36,041 bases of DNA from an uncultured Candidatus Saccharibacteria bacterium (GCA_964383715.1 CAYLHU010000001.1:79975-116015), one strand, 5' to 3'; numbered from the stretch's first letter, positions 16,288 to 25,039 are shown. Notes: generated by a model not told the origin, from the sequence alone. Program-made: numbers and translations.

Positions 16288-17715
16288 TTATCTTACTAAA
16301 CTTTCAACTATTTTTCCAGCCCTGAAAATTTCTGATTCCCGAAAAGGCCTGCCGATAATTTGAAGCCCAACAGGCAAGTTATCAACCTCGCCACAAGGTA
16401 AAGAAAGAGCCGGCAATCCAGCCAAATTGACCGAGACCGTTAAAATATCAGAAAGATACATCTCAAGAGGGTCTTTTACTTTTTCTCCCATTTTAAAGGG
16501 CAAAACAGGAGAAACCGGCGTAAAAATAAGGTCAACCTTTTGAAAGACCTCTTCAAAATCCTTTTTGATTAAATCTTTTGCTTTTTGAGCCTTCAAATAA
16601 TAAGCGTCATAATAACCTGATGACAAAGAATATGTCCCTAACATAATTCTTCTTTTGACTTCCGAGCCAAAACCCTCGTTTCTTGTTTCCAAATAATCAT
16701 CTAAAAGAACTGAATTATCAGATTTAATTTTTTTTAACCCATATTTTATCCCATCATATCGTGCCAAATTAGCACTTGCCTCCGATGTAGCAATAATATA
16801 ATAACAAGCAATGGCATATTTGGTATGAGGCAAAGAAACTTCTTCAATTTTTACTCCTTCTTTTTCTATTTTTTTAATTACCTTTTCTACTTCCACTTTG
16901 ACTTCTTTACTTATCCCCTTCCCAAAATATTCTTTAGGAATACCAATCCTCAACTTTGAAAGTTGAAAATTAGGAATTGGAAACTTCGATTCAACCGAAG
17001 TTGAGTCGAGTGGGTCTTTTCCTTTAATAACATCAAAAATAATTTCGCAATCTTCCACATTTTTGGCAAGAGGACCTATTTGGTCTAAGGAAGAAGCAAA
17101 AGCGATTAAACCATAGCGAGAAACCGCCCCGTAAGTCGGTTTTAAACCAACCACACCGCAAAAAGAAGCCGGCTGACGGATTGAACCACCCGTATCAGAC
17201 CCGAGAGCGCAACAGCATTCATCGGAAGCGACCGCCGCCGCCGAGCCACCAGAGGAGCCACCAGGAACCCGGTTTAAATCATGAGGATTAAATGTTTTTT
17301 GAAAAGCGGAGTTCTCCGTTGAAGACCCCATAGCGAACTCATCTAAATTCGTTTTTCCTAAAAATAAAACCTTGCTTTTTTTTAGTTTTTTAATACAGGT
17401 AGCGTCAAAAACCGCTTTATAATTTTCTAATATCTTTGAACCGGCTGTGCATTTCAACCCCTCTATTAAGATATTATCCTTTATCGCCATCGGCACGCCA
17501 CCTATTAAAGGAATCTCTTCCCCTTTTGAAATTAAATCGTCCACTTCTTTAGCTTGAGATAAAGCTAAATCCCGGGAGATATTTAAAAAGGCCCCTATCT
17601 TTTTATCTTCGGATTTTATTTTCCCCAAATACTTTTCGGCTAACTCAACAGCAGAAAACTTTTTTTCCTTTAGTCCTCTTTGAATATCTTTGATTGTTAA
17701 GCCCTGTATTTTCAT
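16288..17715 (-). CDS. gatA: Glu/Asp-tRNA amidotransferase subunit A
   Basis: Amidase signature GGSSGGSAAAVA and GSDTGGSIRQPA, 475 aa, directly downstream of gatC. Confidence 0.95.
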   Translation of the reverse strand: MKIQGLTIKDIQRGLKEKKFSAVELAEKYLGKIKSEDKKIGAFLNISRDLALSQAKEVDDLISKGEEIPLIGGVPMAIKDNILIEGLKCTAGSKILENYKAVFDATCIKKLKKSKVLFLGKTNLDEFAMGSSTENSAFQKTFNPHDLNRVPGGSSGGSAAAVASDECCCALGSDTGGSIRQPASFCGVVGLKPTYGAVSRYGLIAFASSLDQIGPLAKNVEDCEIIFDVIKGKDPLDSTSVESKFPIPNFQLSKLRIGIPKEYFGKGISKEVKVEVEKVIKKIEKEGVKIEEVSLPHTKYAIACYYIIATSEASANLARYDGIKYGLKKIKSDNSVLLDDYLETRNEGFGSEVKRRIMLGTYSLSSGYYDAYYLKAQKAKDLIKKDFEEVFQKVDLIFTPVSPVLPFKMGEKVKDPLEMYLSDILTVSVNLAGLPALSLPCGEVDNLPVGLQIIGRPFRESEIFRAGKIVESLVR

Positions 17716-17733
17716 TTTTAAGATAAAATTAAA

Positions 17734-18018
17734 TTAGTTCAATATCTCTTTTACTTTGGCAAAATCCCCTTTTTTCTCTGGGAACTGTTCAATTATCTTT
17801 TTGGGGTCGCCCCCCTTTCCAGTTTTATCTTCTCTCATTATATTATTTAAACTGTTGGGTTCAAAAACCGATTCGGTTTCAGAAACATCTAATTCATCTA
17901 ATAAATTAACATAATCCAAAATCTGGGACAATTCTTTGCCCATTTTCTCTATTTCTTTTTCTGATAACCCAAGCCGAGCCAATTTGGCAATATGTTTTAC
18001 TTCTTCTTTTGAAACCAT
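17734..18018 (-). CDS. gatC: Glu/Asp-tRNA amidotransferase subunit C
   Basis: 94 aa, V.HIAKLARL.LSE.E motif, upstream of gatA. Confidence 0.9.
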   Translation of the reverse strand: MVSKEEVKHIAKLARLGLSEKEIEKMGKELSQILDYVNLLDELDVSETESVFEPNSLNNIMREDKTGKGGDPKKIIEQFPEKKGDFAKVKEILN

Positions 18019-18184
18019 AAGAATAAAATTGACCTAATCGACCTAATCTCTAATAAACTCAACCTCTGATAAACTCAATCATAGTTTAACTTAAAATAGC
18101 CCTTCAATCAAGAAAAAACCTTTTAGAAAATATAATTTTGTATTGATAACAAACACTCCAAAATAATATTTTATTTTGTATCGT

Positions 18185-18204
18185 TTTAGGACGATCGTCC
18201 TAAA
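18185..18204. promoter_or_regulatory. perfect 20-bp palindrome TTTAGGACGATCGTCCTAAA
   Basis: Seen directly in the mreB1-gatC spacer. The core GGACGATCGTCC recurs inside the composite repeats. Confidence 0.4.
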
Positions 18205-18242
18205 GTGTAATATTTCCCCTTACTTTTTAAAATTAAACCAAT

Positions 18243-18274
18243 AAAAAATCCGCGACATCCTTATATTGTCACGG
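18243..18274 (-). terminator. rho-independent terminator after mreB copy 1
   Basis: Minus strand: CCGTGAC-aatataaggat-GTCGCGG followed by ATTTTTTATT. Confidence 0.55.
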
Positions 18275-18321
18275 CAAAAAATCAAACTATGAAAATTAAA
18301 CTTTCGTGGCTGAAAACTATT

Positions 18322-19374
18322 TTACTTAATAATTTCTCCCGTGCTGGTGTCGGTTAAAACACCTCTTAATTCATCAAGCCCTTCCAAGACAATCCCCCCG
18401 CCCCTGACAACCGCTGTCAAAGGGTCTTCAATAATTCTCACCGCCATTCCTGTCGCTTGACTGATTAATTTATCCATTCCTTTTAAGAGAGAACCTCCTC
18501 CGACAAAATAAATTCCATCCTGCATTATGTCAGCTAAAAGTTCGGGCGGAGTCTCTTCTATCGTCAACTTTATGGCTTCAATTATCTGATTTAAGGACTT
18601 TGCCATCGCTTTCCGAATATCTTCGGAAGTTACTTGAATTTCTTCAGGAAGACCGGTTATTAAATTTCTCCCTCTTAAAGAAATTATTTTTTTTTCTTTT
18701 GAGGGTACTGCTTGGCCAATAATAATTTTCGCTTCCTCGGCAGACCTCTCGCCGATTAGAAGTTTATAATTCTCCTGAACATAATTAATAATATCCTGAT
18801 TAAGCTGGTCGCCGGCAATTTTTAAGCTTTTTGAACAAACCACTCCCCCAAGAGATATAACCGCAATTTCCGATGTCCCTCCACCAATATCAATTATAAA
18901 GTTCCCCCTCGCCTCTTGAATAGGAAGTCGGGCGCCAATAGCGGCCGCTACCGGCTCGTCTATCAAATAAACCTCTCTGGCTCCGGCTCCTTTAGCCGCG
19001 TCTTCAACCGCTTTTTTTTCAACTTCGGTTACTCCGGAAGGAACACCAATAATTACTCTTGGCCAGGACAAAGAAATAAATTTATTTTTATGGGCCTTAT
19101 CAATAAAATATTTTATCATTTGTTCGGTTACTTCAAAGTCCGAAACCACTCCTCGCTGAAGAGGTCTAATCGCTTTAATATAAGAGGGGGTCTTGCCAAC
19201 CATTTTTTTTGCCTCTTCTCCCACTGCCAAAATCTGACCTGTCTTTTCATTAATAGCCACTACCGATGGTTCGTTTATGACAATTCCCCTCCCCCGAACA
19301 TAAATCAAAGAGTAGGCCGTTCCCAAATCGATGGCAATATCTTCGCTAAAATATGATAAAAGTTTGTTAAACAT
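18322..19374 (-). CDS. mreB: rod-shape-determining actin homolog MreB (copy 1)
   Basis: DIAIDLGTA, IDIGGGTSEIAVISLGG and GGGSLL motifs, 350 aa. Confidence 0.9.
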   Translation of the reverse strand: MFNKLLSYFSEDIAIDLGTAYSLIYVRGRGIVINEPSVVAINEKTGQILAVGEEAKKMVGKTPSYIKAIRPLQRGVVSDFEVTEQMIKYFIDKAHKNKFISLSWPRVIIGVPSGVTEVEKKAVEDAAKGAGAREVYLIDEPVAAAIGARLPIQEARGNFIIDIGGGTSEIAVISLGGVVCSKSLKIAGDQLNQDIINYVQENYKLLIGERSAEEAKIIIGQAVPSKEKKIISLRGRNLITGLPEEIQVTSEDIRKAMAKSLNQIIEAIKLTIEETPPELLADIMQDGIYFVGGGSLLKGMDKLISQATGMAVRIIEDPLTAVVRGGGIVLEGLDELRGVLTDTSTGEIIK

Positions 19375-19406
19375 TGTTAATTAGATTATATTCTCCTTTT
19401 AATGAC

Positions 19407-20852
19407 TTAATAGGCCTGACCAAAAATCCATTTCTCTCGAGATTTTTTCCGACAGAAAACACATTCCCCATTTTCTTCCGGCGCGTCAAACGGCAGACAC
19501 CTAATCGTTGCTTTTGTTTCCTTTTTTATTTTTGATTCACATTCAGCCCCCCCACACCAAAAGGCCTTTATAAAACCTTTTTCCTCTTTCATTATTTTCT
19601 TAAAGGTTTTATAATCTGAAACCTCTTTAATTTGCCTTTGAAGATTCTGTCTGCTTTTCTCGAATAAATTATCTTGAATAGATTCTAACTCTTTCCCGAC
19701 TTCGAGAGCCAATTCTCTAAAGGCAACCTCTCTCTTCTCCCCATTATCCCTTCTGACAAAAGTGGCTTTATTTTTTTTGATTTCTTTTTCGCCGATTTCT
19801 ATTCGTAAAGGAACACCTTTCAATTCCCACTCGTTAAACTTCCACCCCACAGAATACTCTTTTCTCTTATCAATCTCAACCTTAAAATCGCCTAAATCTC
19901 TTTTGATTTCCTCCACCTTTTTAATCAAACTTTCATTACTATTATCCTTCCCCTGAAAAATAGGGATTATGACAACTTGGATAGGAGCCAACTTAGGAGG
20001 GATAATAAGACCTGAATCGTCACCATGGGCCATTATAAATGCCCCTATGCTTCTAGTGGACAACCCCCAGCTTGTTTGCCAAGGTATTTGCTCTTTCCCG
20101 TTTCGGTCTTGAAACTTAATTCCAAAGACCTTAGAGAAATTTTGCCCTAAATCATGGGAAGTACATCCTTGAAGAGCAATGCCTGAAGGCATCAACATTT
20201 CATAAGTATATGTTGCTTGAGCTCCGGGAAATTTTTCCGATTCGCTTTTTATTCCCCAAATCCCGTCAATAGCAAAAAATTCCCGATAAAGCTTAACATA
20301 ATCCCTAAGAGCTCGCTTCGCTTCCTCTATCGCTTCTTCGTGGGTCTCATGAACCGTATGCCCCTCCTGCCATAAAAATTCAGTTGTTCTTAAAAATAAT
20401 CGGGGCCTTTTTTCCCACCTGACAACATTGGCCCATTGATTAATTAAAACTGGCAAGTCCCTCCATGACTTTATCCATTTGCTATACATATCGTAGATAA
20501 TCGTTTCGGAGGTAGGTCTCACAATAAGTTTTTCTTCCAATTCTTTCCCTCCCCCAATTGTCACCACCGCTAATTCAGGCGAAAAACCCTTAATATGTTC
20601 TTTCTCTTTTTTTAAAAACTTTTCGGGAATAAAGAGAGGGAAATAAGCGTTTTTTACCCCGGCATCCTTAATCATCTTGTCTAAAACATTTTTAATATTT
20701 TCCCAAATAGCGTAGCCATAAGGTCTTATAACTTGGCACCCCTTAACTGGAGCATAATCAGCAAGCCCCGACCGAAGTATTACCTCGGTGTACCATTTAG
20801 GAAAATCCTCTGATTTTTTAACAAGTTGTTCTTTTTCAAAATTTTTCTCCAT
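19407..20852 (-). CDS. proS: proline--tRNA ligase, archaeal/eukaryote-like type
   Basis: FPKWYTEV, class II motifs (RPTSET, FLRTTEFLWQEGHT), a C-terminal Zn-type Cys cluster and a terminal ...GQAY. I placed the start at MEKNF because the upstream 34 codons (TTG start) overlap the rseP-like 3' end. Confidence 0.9.
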   Translation of the reverse strand: MEKNFEKEQLVKKSEDFPKWYTEVILRSGLADYAPVKGCQVIRPYGYAIWENIKNVLDKMIKDAGVKNAYFPLFIPEKFLKKEKEHIKGFSPELAVVTIGGGKELEEKLIVRPTSETIIYDMYSKWIKSWRDLPVLINQWANVVRWEKRPRLFLRTTEFLWQEGHTVHETHEEAIEEAKRALRDYVKLYREFFAIDGIWGIKSESEKFPGAQATYTYEMLMPSGIALQGCTSHDLGQNFSKVFGIKFQDRNGKEQIPWQTSWGLSTRSIGAFIMAHGDDSGLIIPPKLAPIQVVIIPIFQGKDNSNESLIKKVEEIKRDLGDFKVEIDKRKEYSVGWKFNEWELKGVPLRIEIGEKEIKKNKATFVRRDNGEKREVAFRELALEVGKELESIQDNLFEKSRQNLQRQIKEVSDYKTFKKIMKEEKGFIKAFWCGGAECESKIKKETKATIRCLPFDAPEENGECVFCRKKSREKWIFGQAY

Positions 20853-20887
20853 AGACCAAGAAATAAATAAAATATTTTTATAGAATA

Positions 20888-21964
20888 TTATAACAGGTTT
20901 AAAACATCTTTTATTGTTACGACAAACATCAAAACAAGCAAACAGACAAAACAAAAAATGGTAATGCCCTGTTCTATTTTTTGAGAAATAGGTTTCTTGC
21001 GTATCCCTTCAATAATTAAGAATAGAAGTTTCCCTCCGTCTAAAGCTGGAATCGGTAAAATATTAAATAAAGCCAGCCAAACGGCAATCATCGCCACTAA
21101 AATCAAGAAACTATCCACCCCCGTATTTAGCGCCTGCCCCATTACATCAACTACTCCTATTGGACCCATAAGCTCTACTCCTTCGGTCTTTTCTCCTTTT
21201 AAAAAGTTTCGAAAAACACCGCCTAAAACAATTGGGATTTGAATCGTTTTCTGATAAGTTACTACCGCTCCTATATATAATGACTTAGACCAAGAGTATT
21301 TAACCTTACTCACTCTAACCAAAGCAACCCCAATCGCCCCTTCATCTTCTGGCGAAGAAACTCGCGGGATTAAAGAAACTTCGGAAATTTCCCCTCCCCT
21401 TTGAATAGTTAGAACGATTTCCTCTCCTTTATGGGTCTCGCTAAACTCCTGAATTTCTTTGATTTTGCTTATTCCCAATTTTTCATTTTCAATTTTTAAT
21501 TCTCTGATAATATCCCCCATTTTTAAATCAGCTTTTAAGGCAGGAGAGTCCTTTGATACTCCAACAATTTGAACATTTGATTCTCCGGGAAAATCATCAG
21601 AAACGGCAGTTGGTAACCCCCAAACCCCGGAAATCAAACTGAAAATAATAAAAGCCACGATCCAAAAGGAAACGACTCCCCCCAAAACTATCAGGGCCCT
21701 TTGCCAAATCGGTTTTTCGGGGAAACTTCTTGAATCTTCAATTTGACCTTCTTCTCCCTTTATCTTGACAAAAGCGCCAAATGGAAGAAGATTTAGTGAA
21801 TAAAAGGTCTCTCCAATTTTCTTCCCGAAAAGACGAGGAGGGTAACCAATGCCAAACTCTTCTACCTCCACGCCAAACTTTTTAGCAAGAATAAAATGAC
21901 CAAACTCATGAATAGTTAGTAATAAAACCAAAGATATAATAACGATTAAAATTGTTAAAAACAT
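20888..21964 (-). CDS. rseP: RseP-like site-2 (M50) zinc metalloprotease with PDZ domain
   Basis: HEFGHFILAKKFG (HExxH), a central PDZ-like segment, NILPIPALDGGKL, multiple TM helices. Confidence 0.85.
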   Translation of the reverse strand: MFLTILIVIISLVLLLTIHEFGHFILAKKFGVEVEEFGIGYPPRLFGKKIGETFYSLNLLPFGAFVKIKGEEGQIEDSRSFPEKPIWQRALIVLGGVVSFWIVAFIIFSLISGVWGLPTAVSDDFPGESNVQIVGVSKDSPALKADLKMGDIIRELKIENEKLGISKIKEIQEFSETHKGEEIVLTIQRGGEISEVSLIPRVSSPEDEGAIGVALVRVSKVKYSWSKSLYIGAVVTYQKTIQIPIVLGGVFRNFLKGEKTEGVELMGPIGVVDVMGQALNTGVDSFLILVAMIAVWLALFNILPIPALDGGKLLFLIIEGIRKKPISQKIEQGITIFCFVCLLVLMFVVTIKDVLNLL

Positions 21965-22028
21965 ATTAGAAGATGTTTCCGCTTAAGTTTTTACTCCGTA
22001 AAAAGTTAAGCGGATTACAGATTCTTAT
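21965..22028 (-). promoter_or_regulatory. shared leader cassette (full form) upstream of the rseP-like gene
   Basis: Minus strand: GGGTATAAGAATCTGTAA, then the hairpin CCGCTTAA..TTAAGCGG, then GCGGAAACATCTTCTAAT-ATG. Confidence 0.6.
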
Positions 22029-22133
22029 ACCCAGCACTTATTTATATGAAAATATTACAAGGGTTTTAACTTTATAAAACTAAATGATAATGTTAACCCC
22101 TATTTTGTTTTTCTGTATAAATAAGTGCTGGGT
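22029..22133. mobile_element. MITE-like element, long form (copy 2)
   Basis: Same TIRs, about 105 bp, same orientation as copy 1. Confidence 0.75.
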
Positions 22134-22151
22134 TAGACAGAGCAAAGCTTT

Positions 22152-22709
22152 TTACCCCGCTATTTCTTTTTCTTTATTTTCAACTAAGTTTTTTATTTTA
22201 TCCTTATAGTCCTTAATTAAGTCCTCTAATTTCTCTTTCCCCCGAAACTTATCGTCTTCACTAATCTCTTTTTTTTGAAAACCGTCTTGCATATCCTTCC
22301 ATGCCTTATCACGCAATCTTCTAATAACTTGAAAAATATTTTCTTTCTTTTCGTTCAAAATTTTAATTAAGTTCTTTTTAGAGTCCTCTGTTAGAGAGGG
22401 TGCCGAAAGATAAATAGTATTTCCTTCTATCCTAATCCCCATTCCCAATTTTCTCTCTTCAATGGACTTAATAACCCCCTCAACATAGCTTTTATCCCAA
22501 AGTTGAATTGACATTCCCCTTAAGGGAGAAACTGAAACAATCCCTAATTGTTTCAAGGGTAAAACCGAACCAAAACAATCTACCTTAATTTCTTCTAACA
22601 AGGCAACTGGTGGCTTCCCGACTCTTATTTCTAATAATTGCCCCTTAAAAAAATCTAAGGATTTCTCAATTTGAGGTTTTATATTGTCAATAATTTCTTG
22701 ATAAGACAT
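22152..22709 (-). CDS. frr: ribosome recycling factor
   Basis: Typical RRF layout (...IRVGK..P.LLE.I.V..YG...PL.Q...) and 185 aa from MSYQEII. The 10 upstream codons (..AETSSN) are the translated shared leader. Confidence 0.9.
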   Translation of the reverse strand: MSYQEIIDNIKPQIEKSLDFFKGQLLEIRVGKPPVALLEEIKVDCFGSVLPLKQLGIVSVSPLRGMSIQLWDKSYVEGVIKSIEERKLGMGIRIEGNTIYLSAPSLTEDSKKNLIKILNEKKENIFQVIRRLRDKAWKDMQDGFQKKEISEDDKFRGKEKLEDLIKDYKDKIKNLVENKEKEIAG

Positions 22710-22730
22710 ATTAGAAGATGTTTCCGCCGA
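22710..22730 (-). promoter_or_regulatory. shared leader motif upstream of frr
   Basis: Minus strand: GGCGGAAACATCTTCTAAT-ATG, abutting a MITE-like TIR. Confidence 0.6.
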
Positions 22731-22810
22731 ACCCAGCACTTATTTGTACAGAAAAACAAATTTATAAAGTTAAAACATTTGTAATACTTTTATAGAAATA
22801 AGTGCTGGGT
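22731..22810. mobile_element. MITE-like element, short form (copy 3)
   Basis: Same TIRs, 80 bp, opposite internal orientation. It lacks the internal segment of about 25 bp. Confidence 0.75.
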
Positions 22811-22832
22811 TTGGCAGATTACAGATTCTTAT

Positions 22833-22912
22833 ACCCAGCACTTATTTATACAGAAAAACAAATTTATAAAATTAAAATCTTTGTAATACTTCCGTATAAA
22901 TAAGTGCTGGGT
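22833..22912. mobile_element. MITE-like element, short form (copy 4), tandem with copy 3
   Basis: Same TIRs, 80 bp, 22 bp after copy 3. Confidence 0.75.
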
Positions 22913-22963
22913 TTGGCGGAGTTAACATTAATTAGCCAATCGGGCTTTGGCTTCGCCTCACCC

Positions 22964-23809
22964 TCACGAGCAGATATTAACCATCAAGTTTTCTAATGCC
23001 AATTTTTGATTGACATTGGTAGTGTTAATCAAAACCCTTAATTCCTCCACCATATTGATTGTCTTGGTAATGTCGGAAAAAGAATAGTTCTCCACTATTT
23101 CTAAAGATAAGAAATTCAAAAGTTCATTATCCATTTTTATTTTTTTCATAATAACCCCCCGAAAATAATTTTCAAAAGTAACCAAGAATTCATCTACCCC
23201 CTCAAAAGAGTTTTTTTCATCAAAAAAGTTTTTACAAAAAGAAATTTTTTGTTCAATTTCCAAATTAACCACCCTCTCTATCTCTTGGAGTTTTTCCTTA
23301 TCACCCAAAGAAAATACGGTTGGATAAAATCTTAGAACTTGGCATCTCGAACGAACCGTATCTAATAAACTTTTCAGACAAGATGTTATGAAAATCAAAA
23401 GAACTTTTCCTTTTGGTTCCTCCAATATTTTTAAAAGACAATTCTGGGACTGCTTGTTCAATCTTTCCGCTTTATCAATAATAACCGCTTTAAAATTGGA
23501 TAGTTGTGGAGTAATATTTAGATTTGATTGCAAATCCCTTATTTGAGAAATCTGGATATCTCCCTTATTCGGAGTTATCAAAATAAAATCAGGATAATTT
23601 TCTTTTTCAATTAATTTACAAGGCAAACATTTCTGACAAGGTCTTTTAGAAAAATCTTTTTCTTGGCAATTTAAAAGTTTTACAAAGTCCAAGGCCATTT
23701 TTTTCTTTCCTAAAAATTTCTCACCGGAAAAAATTATGCCTTGAGGAATCGTTCCCCTTTGAGCTAAGTTTTTCAAAATATCCCATTGCTTTATATTCTC
23801 CATTTTCAT
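22964..23809 (-). CDS. holB: DNA polymerase III delta-prime subunit (clamp-loader AAA+)
   Basis: GIIFSGEKFLGKKK degenerate P-loop, Zn module CQKCLPC, IIDKAERL..QSQNCLLKILEEP, and SRCQVLRF sensor. Confidence 0.75.
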   Translation of the reverse strand: MKMENIKQWDILKNLAQRGTIPQGIIFSGEKFLGKKKMALDFVKLLNCQEKDFSKRPCQKCLPCKLIEKENYPDFILITPNKGDIQISQIRDLQSNLNITPQLSNFKAVIIDKAERLNKQSQNCLLKILEEPKGKVLLIFITSCLKSLLDTVRSRCQVLRFYPTVFSLGDKEKLQEIERVVNLEIEQKISFCKNFFDEKNSFEGVDEFLVTFENYFRGVIMKKIKMDNELLNFLSLEIVENYSFSDITKTINMVEELRVLINTTNVNQKLALENLMVNICS

Positions 23810-23811
23810 AA

Positions 23812-23937
23812 TTACGAATAGTATGATACAAATCTACGAATCTAATGCTAATCTACAAATCTACGAATTTGGTATCGTGTTAATTCGTAGCATTCGTAAT
23901 TCGTAGATTCGTGTTTATTCGTAGATTAGTATCGCTA
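23812..23937. repeat. about 125-bp imperfect-palindrome element rich in ATTCGTAG / CTACGAAT words (copy 1)
   Basis: It fills the mreB2-holB spacer. Over its whole length it is the reverse complement of the copy at 27931-28060. Confidence 0.75.
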
Positions 23938-24945
23938 TTATTTTTTAGTTGTTAAGCTTTTCTTATAGAAATCCAAGTTTTCCAAGACCACCCCTACCCC
24001 CTTAATAACACAAAATAAAGGGGCCTCCCCGATAAAACAAGGAACAGCAATTGTTTTAGATATCAATTGTTCAATATTCCTTAATAAAGAGCCACCACCG
24101 GTCATAATCATCCCCTTGTCCATAATATCAGCTGCAAGTTCCGGTGGGGTTTTTCTTAGAACTTGCTTGATTGCCTCTATAATTTCTTCTAAGACCTCTT
24201 TCAGGGCTCCGACTAATTCGTTAGAATAAATTTTGACACTTCTGGGTAATCCGGAAATTATATCTCTTCCCTTCACTTCAATAAAATTTTCCTTTTTTTG
24301 AGGGATAGCTGTCCCAATCTTTATTTTTATCTCTTCGGCTGATTGAGTGCCGATAACTAAATTATATTTCTTCTTAACATATTCGGAAATAGCTGTATCC
24401 ATTTTATCCCCACCTACTCTAACCGAAGAAGATGTTACAATCCCCCCTAAAGAAATAACCGCAATTTCCGATGTCCCCCCGCCGATATCAATAACCATAT
24501 TTCCTTGGCTGGAATGAATAGGTATCCCCGCTCCTATAGCCGCCAATATCGGCTCTTTGGCCACGAAAGCCCTTTTGGCTCCCGAAGTTAAGGCCGCCTC
24601 AATAACCGCCCTTCTTTCAGTTGATGTTGCTCCGGCCGGCACGGAGATGACTAAATCAGGCTTAAATGGATTAAATCCCTTTTGGGCTTTAGTAATAAAA
24701 TGCTTAATCATTGCTTGAGTAACTCGGTAATCGGCTATAACCCCATCTTTCAAAGGACGATAAACTTTTATCGTTTCCGGTGTTCTCCCAATCATTAATT
24801 TGGCCTCTTCTCCAACAGCCAAAATCTTCTTTTCCGGTTCAGACAAGGCAACTACAGATGGCTCTTGTAAAATTATCCCTTTTTTGGGAATAAAAACCAG
24901 CGAGTTACATGTCCCCAGATCTATGGCAATTTTTGTGACAAACAT
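23938..24945 (-). CDS. mreB: MreB paralog (copy 2)
   Basis: KIAIDLGTCNS, IDIGGGTSEIAVISLGG and GGGSLL motifs, 335 aa. Clearly related to the copy at 18322-19374 but diverged from it. Confidence 0.85.
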   Translation of the reverse strand: MFVTKIAIDLGTCNSLVFIPKKGIILQEPSVVALSEPEKKILAVGEEAKLMIGRTPETIKVYRPLKDGVIADYRVTQAMIKHFITKAQKGFNPFKPDLVISVPAGATSTERRAVIEAALTSGAKRAFVAKEPILAAIGAGIPIHSSQGNMVIDIGGGTSEIAVISLGGIVTSSSVRVGGDKMDTAISEYVKKKYNLVIGTQSAEEIKIKIGTAIPQKKENFIEVKGRDIISGLPRSVKIYSNELVGALKEVLEEIIEAIKQVLRKTPPELAADIMDKGMIMTGGGSLLRNIEQLISKTIAVPCFIGEAPLFCVIKGVGVVLENLDFYKKSLTTKK

Positions 24946-25039
24946 ATTTAAAATTAAAAACTAAAAGCTAATTATCTATCTTTTTCTTAAATCCATTATT
25001 ACCATACTTTAACCCAAAAATAAACTATTATCAAGAATC

